Shown one piece after another: positions 30,300-42,233 of a stretch of 64,000 bases of DNA. Position 1 is the stretch's first letter; every line of letters starts with the position of its first letter. This stretch comes from the human T2T-CHM13v2.0 reference genome, Homo sapiens: NCBI RefSeq assembly GCF_009914755.1, contig NC_060927.1; one strand, 5' to 3'. Below the pieces are notes generated by a model. The model did not search any database and had not been told where the DNA came from. It was given only the letters and a program-made list of their open reading frames with translations. The position numbers were made by a program, and so were the translations under genes.

Positions 30300-31095
30300 C
30301 TTTGCCAAATGCCTTTTCTGTGTCTATAGAGATGATCGTGTGGTTTGTGTTCTTTACTCTATTAATAGAGCGTATTACATGAATTGATTTTTCAGATGTT
30401 AAACCAATCTGGCCTTCCTGGGATAAATCCCACTTGATTATGGTATATAATCCTTTTTATATGTTGCTGGATTTAGTTTGCTAGTATTTTGTTGAGAATT
30501 TTTGCATTTATATTCATAAGAGATATTGATCTGTAGTTTTCTTTTCTGTGATGTTTTTGTCTGGTTTTGGTATCAGGGTAATTTTGGCCTCAGAGAATGA
30601 GTTGGGAATTCCTCCCCGTTCTACTTTTAGAAGAGTTTGTGAAGTATTGGTATCATTATTTAAATGTTTGGTAGAATTCACGAGCAAAGCCATGTGGACC
30701 TGGGCATTTCCTTGTGGGAAGTTTTAAAATTATGAATTCTCTTTTCTTCTTATAGGTCTATTTAAATTTTCTGTTTCTTCTTGAGTTGGTTTTGGTAGTT
30801 TATGTTTTTCTAGGAATTTGTCCATTTCACCTAATTATCTAATTTGTAGCATATGGTTGTTCATAGTATTCCCTTATAATCCTTTTTTTTCTGATTTTAG
30901 TTTTTGAGTCTTCTATCTCCTTTATATATTTGTCAGTTGGGCTAAAAGTTTGTCAGTTTTATTGATCTTTTCAAAGAATGGCATTTGGTTTTGTTGATTG
31001 TCTCTATCGTTTTTCTATTCTTTATTTCATTTATTGTTACTTAAGTCTTTATTTCCTTTCTTCTGCTTGCTTTGTGTTTAGTTTTATCTTCTTTT
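30300..31095 (-). mobile_element. L1 ORF2 fragment, antisense
   Basis: 'ttcctgggataaatcccacttgattatggtatataatc', 'gtctggttttggtatcagggtaattttggcctcagagaatgagttggg'. Confidence 0.88.
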
Positions 31096-32170
31096 TCTGG
31101 GAGAAAGTACTGAGAAAAATCCTAAAAGTTATGCAACACAGTATTAATGTTTCTGGAGGTTGATTGACGCCTCAAAGCTAAAAATACATTGTAAGTAAGA
31201 TGCCAGCCACATCCCTGCAGATTGCTAAAAGGTAGCAGAAGTGGTCCAGTGACTACCAATCCCCATCCCCCGCCTCCAGCCTACATAAAAGAAAGTAGAT
31301 ATTTGGAAGGAATTCAAGAGTCTTTGTGCCCTTCCATCTCTTCCACACCATGTGGGGTGGTGTTCCACCCAAACATGTTAAGAGGACTTAAAAAGTACTT
31401 GCAGAATTTGGGAGTGGACTGTTCTAGGGAAGGATATTTGCTGAGCTTTAGAAACCCAAGGGCCATCTTGCTGCTCTAAGGGAAGTGTGGTGAGAGTGAT
31501 CATGGCACACACCACCTGGAGTTTGGGTGTAGCTGTGAACATGGAGACTGCTGCCTGCTTCTTTCTAGGAACTCATGGGGCTTGCAGGAGTGGCCTATGG
31601 CAGCAGGGAGAGGGACAAGTGCAGTGGCAGTAGAGCAGCCTCACATGAGAGTTTCCTGTGGGTCATGTGGACACCATGGGAAGTGCTGGGGCTCAAGCTG
31701 TCATGACAGGACCTGCCTGCTAGGGAGAGGGAACCCGAGCAGCAAGAAACCATGAGGAGGGCCACTTGTGGTGGTAGTGCTGAGGAAGGTTGCAAGAGTC
31801 AGCCAGAGAACTGTACAGTGTGGTGAGCAGGTCCCTGTAAGAGTCTACAGATACATACCCAGTGGGTGGGTGTGATGGTCAGCGTTTGGATGCCTGAAGT
31901 TGTAGAGGGAAAACAGCTAGCTACGGATGTCCTAGAGGGTACTACAAATAGGGCCTTGCTTCTCCTTTCTCTAGTCTCCTTCCTAACCCCCAAATCTACC
32001 CCCCAGGCTCCTACCCAGCTCTGGAATGCCTGGAACTGGGGAGAGGAAAAATGAAAGTGACCATGCTTCCTACCGCACTTCCAGGTTCTTGAGTGAGGTG
32101 TCACAGGTGAACGCTGGGAAAGGGAAAGGAGTATTGAATTGGGAGAGAGATTGAAGTTTTAAATGGAATG

Positions 32171-32538
32171 TGATATGGTTTGGCTCTGTGTCGCCACCCA
32201 AATCTCATCTTGAATTGTAATCCCCACGTGTTGAGGGAGGTACCTAGTGGGAGGTGATTGGATTATGGGGGTGGTTTCCCCCATGCTGTTCTCATGATAG
32301 TGAGTGAGTCCTCAGGAAATCTGATGGTTTAAAAGTGTGGCACTTCCCCTTTGCTCACTCTGTCTCTCTCCTGCTGCCTTGTGAAGAAGCTACCTACTTC
32401 CTCTTCCCCTTCCATCAGGATTGTAAGTCTCCTGAGGCCTCCCTAGCCATGTGGAACTGTGAATCAATTAAACCTCTTTCCTTTGTAAACCCAGTCCCAG
32501 GTAGTGTCTTTATAGCAGTGTGAAAATGGACTAATACA
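32171..32538 (+). mobile_element. THE1 (THE1C/D-like) solo LTR
   Basis: Starts TGATATGGTTTGGCTCTGTGTC and ends ATGGACTAATACA; ATTAAA polyA motif; 5-bp TSD gaatg/ggatg. Confidence 0.92.
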
Positions 32539-33220
32539 GGATGAGACTGGCCTTCTTAATACCTGAAAATGTGGTTTAATTCCTGGCTTTGGGGTCCACT
32601 GAAACCTTGTGAAGGTGAAGACAGGTTTGAGAGGATTTTTGAGGATGTCAGAGAGGGAAAAGCTATGCCCTGTGGGTGCCCCTTTGAGCATACAGATAGG
32701 TTATATAACATAATCAGTAAGGATGCCTGTGAGCTTTGTGTGACAAAGAACAGCACACACGTGGAGGAGACTGGTTCCTGTCACACCCCATTTGCTGTGC
32801 TCTACTCTGCTGATTTGGAGATCCTTAGGACCAACCTCCCCATTTTGCAGATTGGGAAGCCAAAGCCCAGAGAGGGCAAAGGGTTTGGCCAAGATTATAT
32901 GATCAGCCTGTATGAAAGGCTCCTGACCCCCTAAATGTCTGGAAATTAGGAATCAGTGACACTTTCTTGCTCATTCAACACAAAAAGCTGCAATCATAAA
33001 AGGACTCAACTTTGGGGGGGAAGTCAGGGAGGGGATGAAATGTAGACACTCATTTTCATCATCAGATGTTTCTCAGGGAAAATGACAGTTCCAGCCCAGA
33101 CGGGGAAGTGGAAATGGCCTATGCTAATGTCTGGAAGTTGCAGAAAATGCTTTAATTCTGTTCTCCCAGAAGTCAGACCCATCCATTTGAAACTGCCAGT
33201 CAACTTTCCAGCAAAGGAAA

Positions 33221-33223
<3 letters not shown>

Positions 33224-33264
<41 letters not shown>
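33224..33264. repeat. (CA)n microsatellite (~20 units)
   Basis: Read directly. Confidence 0.97.
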
Positions 33265-33266
<2 letters not shown>

Positions 33267-33649
33267 CTGCACAAATGGCTTTGATTAGGCTTAGCTGTAG
33301 GTTTAAGAAAATTTAATCATCTTAACCTGTTTAGTCTTTTTTCCTGATGAAAATCATCAGTGAGATTCCAGCATGAGCCAGTGAGAGCTGAGCTGCTGTC
33401 AGCACTGTTGTTTATGTTAATATGTTATAGGCATGAAATGGAGGAAAGTAGAATTATGAGTAAAAATCCTGAGTGAATTAGAAGAGTAGGGGTCTGTGGC
33501 AGGCCCCTGAGGCTGCCAGCGGGGGCCCTAAAAGGACTATTTATTTATGAGTCTTGAGATAGAGGTTCCTTCTACCTGTTAGAAAGCATGTTGAGAAACC
33601 CTATATTTCTATCTGTGATCAGAACTTGCCTTCTGCAGAACTGAAGGTC

Positions 33650-33830
33650 TAGAGCCCTATAGACACCATTTGCTAGCTGCGTGATCTCAGTCAAGTTAGT
33701 TAACCTCTCCAAATGTCAGTTTCCTCATCTGAGAAATGGGACTAACAGCTGTGTGAATCAGCTGGCATGTTGGGTGAAGGGACCAGCCCAGTACCTGGTG
33801 CATAGTGAGTGTTCAGTCAAATGCCCATGG
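33650..33830 (+). mobile_element. MIR SINE
   Basis: 'ctagctgcgtgatctcagtcaagttagttaacctctccaaatgtcagtttcctcatctgagaaatggg'. Confidence 0.75.
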
Positions 33831-34069
33831 CATCAGTGTTACCCTTCCTACCTGATGCCATTCAGCTTCTTCATGGTGCTCTCTCCTGGTGCCCTAGACC
33901 CTGGGTGCTGGCCCATGGATGACTGCCACTGAATGTGAGGTGGTCTACTGCTGACAGATTGAAAAGGCTCTAAATCCGGAGCCTTGACCCACCTCTATTA
34001 TGAGGACCTGGATGACTTTGGTGACATCAGTGCTTCTCTGGACCTTAGTTTCTGCCAAATTGAGACCAC

Positions 34070-34250
34070 TAGTTGTCCCCAGTATCCACTCTCACCTTCC
34101 TCCTAGGAAAAAATCCCAACTGCTATTCAACTAGAGCTGCATTTCCCAGATTCCTTGTAGCTAGGTGTGGCCATGTGACTATTTTTGGCCATTAAAATTC
34201 GAAAAGAAATGTTATATGGAACTTCTGAAAAGTCACCTAGAAAGGAAAAA
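34070..34250 (+). mobile_element. MLT1J-like LTR fragment
   Basis: 'ctgcatttcccagattccttgtagctaggtgtggccatgtgacta'. Confidence 0.65.
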
Positions 34251-34672
34251 GAGGAAACAAGTGAATGTCTGTCAACAAGTGAATGGATAAACACGGTCCA
34301 TTCATGCTATGGAGTATTACTCAGCAACGAAAAGGAAGAAACCACTGACCCCATGCAACAATGCAGATATAACTCAGAAGGATTATGCTGAGCAGAAGAA
34401 TCCAGACACAGAAAAATGCATTCTAAATGACTGCATTTACGTCAAGTTCTAGAACAGGAAAACTAATCTATAGTAATGGCAAAGGGGACATTGACTGCAA
34501 AGGAGCATGGGAGAAACTTTCCAGGGAGCCGGAAATGTTCTATATCTCCACTGAGGTGGTGATTACACGGATGTTTAAATTTGCCAAAACTCATCCAACT
34601 ATACATAACATGTCTGCATTTTATTTTAGGTAAATTATACCTCAATACAATTTTTTTTAATTAAAAAAATTA
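34250..34672 (+). mobile_element. Old L1 3' end (L1MB/ME-type)
   Basis: 'aatgtctgtcaacaagtgaatggataaac...ctatggagtattactcagcaacgaaaagg...aaattatacctcaata'. Confidence 0.8.
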
Positions 34673-34755
34673 AATTGCTTTTTTCTCTCTGGTGTGTAGC
34701 CGAGGAGCAAACAGCAGGCAAGGTGGGGCTGTGGGGCTGGGACAGCTTTCTCTCA

Positions 34756-34920
34756 GGGCCAGGATTATCTAAGAGGCTGAGTCCAGGAAAGGCCTGACTT
34801 TGTTCCTCGCCTCCCCACTCCCTGTGCCTACTCCTCCCAGCTGTGGCATCCTCAAAACCCACTAATAGGGAGAAATTGATGCCAAACTAGAGAGCGGGTC
34901 TCAGAGAGCTTTTATGCATG
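34756..34920 (+). repeat. Direct repeat copy A (partner at 36559-36722)
   Basis: About 82% identity over ~163 bp by manual alignment. Confidence 0.85.
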
Positions 34921-36005
34921 TTTTTGAGATGGGATTGCCTGACTCACATGAGGAGGGAATCTCTTCCTCACACCATAGGTCCCTTTCTCACAACAGAGAA
35001 CTCTGAGGCCCATTGGTGGTCAGGGACTGGTCAAGTGGCAGGATCCCTTCTAGCGCCATTGCTCCTATATCACCCTGGGCTTGGGTCATCGGCAGACCTG
35101 ACAGGCTGAGGAGGAGGTAGGCAGGTTGCCTTAAGGCTGGAACTGGAGCAGCCGCCTCTTCTGAGTGCTCAGTGCTGTATGCCAATCACAGGCCACATCA
35201 ACATATTCCTGTGTGCAAGCTAAGGTGTGGAATGGGATGGGTCATGGGTGCACATGGGATGTGTGGCAGCAGTGACGGGGTGTACTATTTCCCAGACCTC
35301 TAGATTGCAGAGTAGGGACACTCCATAAGCTAAAGCCAGGTGCAGAGAGGAAGCTCTTGGTATTGCTCTAACAACACACAAAAACACACATGCACAACTA
35401 CATATATGCACTCACATGCACATACACACACAGACCCACACATACTTCCAGCATGCATACACATGGATATCCACACCTAAGTACATACTACACTATTTGT
35501 CTGTGAAGCCCTCAAATGCTTCTCACTCTTCCTTGCCTCTGAATCTTCACATGGGTTGCTGCCTCTACTGGGAGTGTACTTGCTTCCTTCCCTTCATCTG
35601 CACAAACATCATCTGCAAGTTTATACTTAAACACCTCTTTTCCAGAGAGACTATCACACCTGCCTGCTAGAGACCTCCCAGCCCCATGCAGCTCCTCCCT
35701 CAGCCCTCATCACACTCTTTTGTAATAACAGGTTTGATGTTTGTCTTCTCTGACAAATTGTGAGCTCCCTGAAGACAGGGCCTGTCCAGCATGGCCACCC
35801 TGCACCCCATCACCCAGCATAGCACTCAGTAGGTGCTCAAACAATACATATTAAATAGATGAATGAATATACACACTTACCCATCTGTGTCTACTTCCCC
35901 CCACATGATTGGGAGCTTCTTGAGAGTGGGACATTGTCTCAGATGTCCCTGAGGAGATTTTCTAAAGTGCTTGTTGAATGAATGGATAAATAACTGCCCA
36001 CCCCC

Positions 36006-36008
<3 letters not shown>

Positions 36009-36040
<32 letters not shown>
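36009..36040. repeat. (AC)16 microsatellite
   Basis: Read directly. Confidence 0.97.
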
Positions 36041-36042
<2 letters not shown>

Positions 36043-36078
36043 AATGAAACAGGAACATTCCTATTCATCCAGACTTAT

Positions 36079-36538
36079 GTGTAGTAAACTAAAGATGGCC
36101 ACATCTTTCTAAGTGTTCCAACTGAGAGATGTCTAGTCCTCTGTCCCTTGAATATGAGTTGGCATTAGTGACTTAGAATGCAGCAGAAATGGTATCTTGG
36201 GCTTCCAAGCCTAAGTCATGAGAAGTCTTGCTGCCTCTGCCTTGACATCTTGGAACATTCACTCTTGGAACCCAACCATCATGCTGTGAAGAAGCCCCCA
36301 GCCAACAGCCTGAGATGAATTCCCAGCCGGCAGCTGACACCAACTTTCCAGCCATGTAAATTATCCTGGAAGTGGATCTTCCAACCCCAACTGAGTTGCC
36401 TTAGCTGATGAGCAAAGATGAGCTACCCCCACCAAGCTCTACTTATTTTGCATATTCATAAATGAAATTAATGACAATTGTTGTTTTAAGCCACTACGTT
36501 TTGGGTAGTTTGTTATGCAGCACTATATAACTAGAACA
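36079..36538 (+). mobile_element. MLT1G/H-like solo LTR
   Basis: Starts 'tgtagtaaactaaagatggccac' and ends 'gttgttttaagccactacgttttgggtagtttgttatgcagcactatataactagaaca', the MLT1 3' terminus. Confidence 0.82.
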
Positions 36539-36558
36539 CCATCCACTCGTGTATGAGT

Positions 36559-36722
36559 GGGCCAGGGTTATCTGACAGGCCAAGCCCAGGAAAGGCCTGT
36601 GTTTGTTCCTCACCTTCCCATTACCTCTGTCTACTCCTTCTAGCCCCTGGTATCCCCTAACCCCACTAACAGGGAGAAATGGACCCTAAACTAGAGAGTG
36701 GGTCTCAGAGAGCTTTTATGCA
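36559..36722 (+). repeat. Direct repeat copy B (partner at 34756-34920)
   Basis: Shared 3' block aaactagagag(c/t)gggtctcagagagcttttatgca has one mismatch. Confidence 0.85.
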
Positions 36723-37769
36723 CATGTTACCTGAGGTCTCTCAAGCTGCCACTGAGAGTCTGCCCAGATTACATCCCTGAACCACCCCGCAAAGGGGAAG
36801 GAGCAGATGAGGCAGCTGTCCAGGCCCCTGAGTATGCCTAGTATAGGTAGGTGACCAGGATGAAAGAGAGGGCAATGCTCTACAAGGGTGGGCGGGGGTA
36901 TCTGGGGGCACTGATTCTGTCTGGGTCAGAGCCTATGTGAGGGGCTTGTGTGCTTTCCCAAGATCTCACACAGAAATGTGCCTTAAGTATTTATCAGAGA
37001 CTGGGGTTAAGCTCTCTGTCTTGAAAACACTGGAATCCATTTTTCTTTCTGCATCCATCAGTGACCCTATTTCCCCTGAAGCAGGAGGGAGGATGAGAAG
37101 TACTAGTAAGAGTCAGCAGAGAAGAATAAGCTGTGTAGGCTTCTAAACCCCGCTGGCAGGTTTGGCCAGATCTAGTGTGCTAATGTGCACAGCTCCTGGT
37201 GGGTCCGCCAGGTGAGGGGCTGAGATGCTTTTGGAACTCTGAGGGTGTGGCTGGGCAGCTAACAAAGAAGCTAATGAACTCCTTGACCATCCTTACACAT
37301 TGTGGGCTCTAGGGACCAAAGGAATGGCCTTTAAGCAGTCTGGTCTGGGGACAATTTGGAGAAAGCTCTTCCCTGGCTGAAAGGGCATCCTAGAATTTAA
37401 AATCGGAGAGTCACTCCGTTCAATCAAACTATCAACTCCAGGATCCTTTCAAAATGTAAATCTTGAAAGAAAAGAAAAATTTTAAAGTTTCCTGATACAC
37501 AGGATACTAAGGAGTAGAGGTAAGTTGGTTTTGGTCATTAACACTTTAGCATGAGTTTATTTTTTTTTTTCTAGTGAGGGAAAGGGAAGAGCAACAGTGA
37601 GAAACAAATATATTTAAGGATGGAGAAAATTACTGGAAGGAGGATAGAAAAGGGAAAGTGGTATCTTAGAAAAAGTATCTTAGAAAAATATTTACCATCA
37701 GTCTAAATTTGCTTGCATCTAGCTTTGAGGCAGGAAATACTTTATATTTTTGTCCAAAATCTCTGTGCA

Positions 37770-39120
37770 GGGACTTCCATTTCTGGAGCAAGGGGCCTTA
37801 AATACCCTGAACAACTTTCCAAATGAAAACAATGATCTATCAGACAAAATATTTTAAAAATTTTAATACACGACTGAATTGACAAGAAAGTATAGGGTCA
37901 CAGAGACTGAAACTGCGTGGAGAGTGTAAACACAGGATGATGGAGCACAGTGCCGGTTTTGTTCCAGGATCTACCATCCCCTGGTGACTTTAAGCCTGCA
38001 TGTTGATGCTGAGCTGGAATGGGAGAAAATAGGTAAATAATGGGGCCCTGGGGCCTGCCCAAGTGGATTGTCTAATAAAAGACCCCTGCATAATGCTGGG
38101 GCCTCAATAGCTACACTTTCAATGTAAAAGTAACTAAGAAATAAATCTGCTGCATAGAAGAGAGCAAGGACAATTTGGTCCCATGTAGAAAAAAGTTAAT
38201 TCTCCTGAGAATACTTAACCAAAAGTCGATTCTCACATGGATACATGATCCAAATTCATACGTTGTCAGAAATTCTTAAGCAGAAAATTTAATTCAACAG
38301 AGTCCCAAGTTGGTGCTTCCCAACAAGTGACTGGCAGAAACAAAAACAAATTATCTTTGCAAAATGGCACGTTCAGCTGAGGCCTCAAAGATTTCCCACA
38401 GATGTAAAGTTCCAATGAGGATTTCAGTTCCAGTCAAGAATCATAAAATCACACCAGAAGATAAGGGACCATGAGTGAGAACCAACAGAAACAATAGACT
38501 GTAGAATCAGATCTACAAAAACTTCAGATATTAAAATAAACAGACATGAAAAATAACTGTGTGTTCTAAGAAATGAATGTTTAAAAGTATGAACACAGTA
38601 CAGGACACTTTTTAAAAATGCAGATTTGTAAAAAACCTGGAACTACTAGGAAAATGTATATAACAATTAAAAAATTCAGCAAATGAATTTACAACAGATT
38701 AGACACAGCTGAAGAGAAAATTAATAAACTGATAATTCTTAAGAAATTATCCAGTATGCAGGTCAGAGAGATAAAGATAAGAACAAGAAGAAAGTAAGGT
38801 TATGACATGAAGCATAGTGTGTGGAGGTCCTTGGAATTCCAGAAGGAGATGTTTATAGAGGGAATGGGGAAGAGGCAGTATTCAAATAAATAATGGCTAA
38901 CATTTTCCCAGAATTGTTAAAAGACACCAAAACTTGGATGTTAGAAGCATAACAAATCATAAACAAGAAAAGTAGGAATTCAGAACCACATACATTTTGG
39001 TGAAACTGCATCAAAGACACATTATTTTTAAGTACATATAAATTTCATTACTCCTTGTATTATATACTTATATTAAAGTATTCTTTTGTAAGTATGGCAT
39101 ATTTCACAATATATTTTTGT
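37770..39120 (+). mobile_element. Ancient L1/HAL1 5'UTR-ORF1 remnant
   Basis: A-rich; ORF1-like phrases 'aacagattagacacagctgaagagaaaattaataaactg', 'ggaattccagaaggag', 'ataatggctaacattttcccagaattg'; frames disrupted. Confidence 0.7.
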
Positions 39121-40439
39121 TAAAGGCTATGAGTTCCTGAAGAAATGTGGCTAAAGTGAGGTGGCTGGAAGTTATCTCTGAATTCAGCTTTGGAGCTCTG
39201 GGAAGCAGTAGGGTGTTTGGGAAGAACTTAAATTTGAAATTAGGAAGACCTAATTTTAAAGCCCGTTCTATTGCTTCTCAGCTATGTGACATTTAGCAAG
39301 TTATTTTACCTCTCTTAATATATTTCCTAATTGATAAAATGAGAATCATGTTCACTTTTTGGAGTGGCTGGGATATGGCATAAATTTTAAAGACTTCTTG
39401 GGCAGGGGAAACCCTAGCGATGCCTAGCCAAAGTCTCTTTTCTCGAAGGGGAGTGTGAGCCCTGCCATCCCTGCCCCATAGGAGGGCCCACATTCCCCGT
39501 TTTTCTTCTCTACCAGGCTAAATTGGACCTTCCCTGGAACTGATAAAGATTATGGCCATGTACATAGCACCTTCTGCGGGCTGGGCACAGTGCTGACCAT
39601 TGTATGTGTATTTCCTCTCTTTTCCTTGCAAGAGCCTTGCAAGGAAAGAGCTTTAACGGGAGATGCTGAAGGCCAGAGAGGTTAAGCCACTTCCCCCAAA
39701 TCATACATCTACACATTGTACAAATCACTGATGTCTCTGAGCTTCACATTTACCATCTGATTACAGGGCTCAGAAGACCTTACACACCTCCAGAGTGAAT
39801 GTAAGATCATGTGAGCTGGTGTGAAAATTCCAGCTCCTGACTAAATGAACCTTCGCTCTGTGTTGTCTACTTTTGAGTTTCTCATTCCCATGTTTCACAG
39901 CTCCAGCTGGCTTAGGTAAGAATCCAGCCCCTTCTTTCCTCCTATTCTAGGCCAGGCCATGACTTGGGAGATGCTGGGCTCCCAGAGATGGCTCAGCTGT
40001 GTGCCCACCATAGGTAGCAGCCTGGGTGGGGTACACTTCCCACTGCCCCCTTCCTGCCTGGCTCTGCCTTTTGCCACCCTGTAGGCCAATGACCACTGGT
40101 CCTAAGGCTCCAGGAAGCTGCCTCTGACCAATGTGAAAATCTGCCCCCAGAAAGCTCCTGCTGTGGCAGCCTGGGAGAAGGCACTCCTGGACTTACACCT
40201 GCACCAGGGCTGGCCCTGATGTCAGAAGCCCCAGGCTTCTGTTTCTGCGTGGCACCTTGGTCTCTTGAGCCCTGTCCTTACATGGACACCCAAAATGCCC
40301 TTTGAGGGCTTCTCTTGTGGCCTTCTCCCTTGTTTGCAGCTGTTTTCTAGGCTGGATTGGAAAGATGTATTTCTGGATGGACATGAAATGGGCTACTTTA
40401 AGACAGTGGGTTTGTCTTTGCAAGAGATAGAAGGGGTAT

Positions 40440-40952
<513 letters not shown>

Positions 40953-42072
40953 TCATCACAATGGTGCCTCCCCTGCCATGGGGTGGCCCTGCTGATGAAG
41001 AGTGCCCAGGGGCTTGACTGGGGTGAGCGTGAGAAGCCATATGCTCCTGGGAATGAGTCCACCCAACTTGGCTCTGTCAGTGGGACAAAGATGACAATAA
41101 TAGTGACAGCCCTCCTCTGAGCAGTTACTCCAAGCAGAGTGCTATGCTGAGGGCCCCACAGTCCTGGGAGGGATGTGTGGTTGTTATTCCCACCTAGAGT
41201 TGAGGACACTGAAGTTAAAGAGGGAAATAAAAATGATCCAAGGTCAACATAAGGAACTGAGTCAGAATTTGAGCTAAAGCCCACACTTTTCATCATACCT
41301 CAATCCTACCTTCTAGGTAAGGGGGCTCAAGGACAGCTCGTCATCCAAGACTGCTTTAACTTTAAGAAAAATCAGAAAGACATTCTTTAACATTCAGGAG
41401 CAAAGAGTGATCTGTGTTGACTGTATAAAGCTTAGAGAATACCAGAGAGTAGGAAAGTCAAAGAAACAACCCTGCCCCGCCACAGGGGAGCACAGCATGG
41501 CATAGTGCAGGCTGGGCTGGGGGCTGAGCCCTGGCCAGGCTGCAGGAGAGGACTGTAGCTGCTCTCAGGACTTCCCAATGGGGACCCAGATCTACCAGTG
41601 TGAGCTGGTAGTGTAAGAAAACACATCAGACGGTCCAGGCACTCAGACATAGTGTTGGAGCTTGGGCCCGTTGCTTGTGCTGCAGAGGAAGGCCATTGGT
41701 TTGAGTAAACTTGTGGTCAGGTAACACTTCCTGGAGAGAGGTGTGGTGGGGGGGGTGGTTGTCAGGCTAGTAAGGAAGAAAGGGAAGAAATGTCTGGCAG
41801 CGACATCAAGAACCTCTGAAACAGTGTAGGGGAGTGTCTGTGAATTTACTGGGCCCCACTGGGTGAGGATATAACTGAGAGAAGGGCAGGCAGATCTGGA
41901 GACATCTTCCAACAGAACAAGAGGGACACCAAGTGACTGCATGGACTTGGTGAGCAGAGAAGTGGAAATGTGCAGATGTGGTAGCAGGGAGTCACAGTGT
42001 GGCCAGGGGCCAATGGTCAAAGGCCAGGCAAGGGACATCTGGGCTGACTGGAGGGAGAGGCAGTTGCCTCTG

Positions 42073-42233
42073 CCTCTAATGCCTGGAACTTCCATCTCAT
42101 AGGGGACAAAAAAAAGGAAGAGAAAGGGAAGGAGTGTTAGATTGACCTAGGTCAATCCCTCTAATGCCTGGAACTTCCATCTCATAGGGGACAAAAAAAG
42201 GAAGAGAAAGGGAAGGAGTGTTAGATTGACCTA
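42073..42233. repeat. Tandem duplication (77 + 76 bp) with an 8-bp junction insert
   Basis: Copies 42073-42149 and 42158-42233 are identical except A8 vs A7; the insert is ggtcaatc. Confidence 0.95.
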
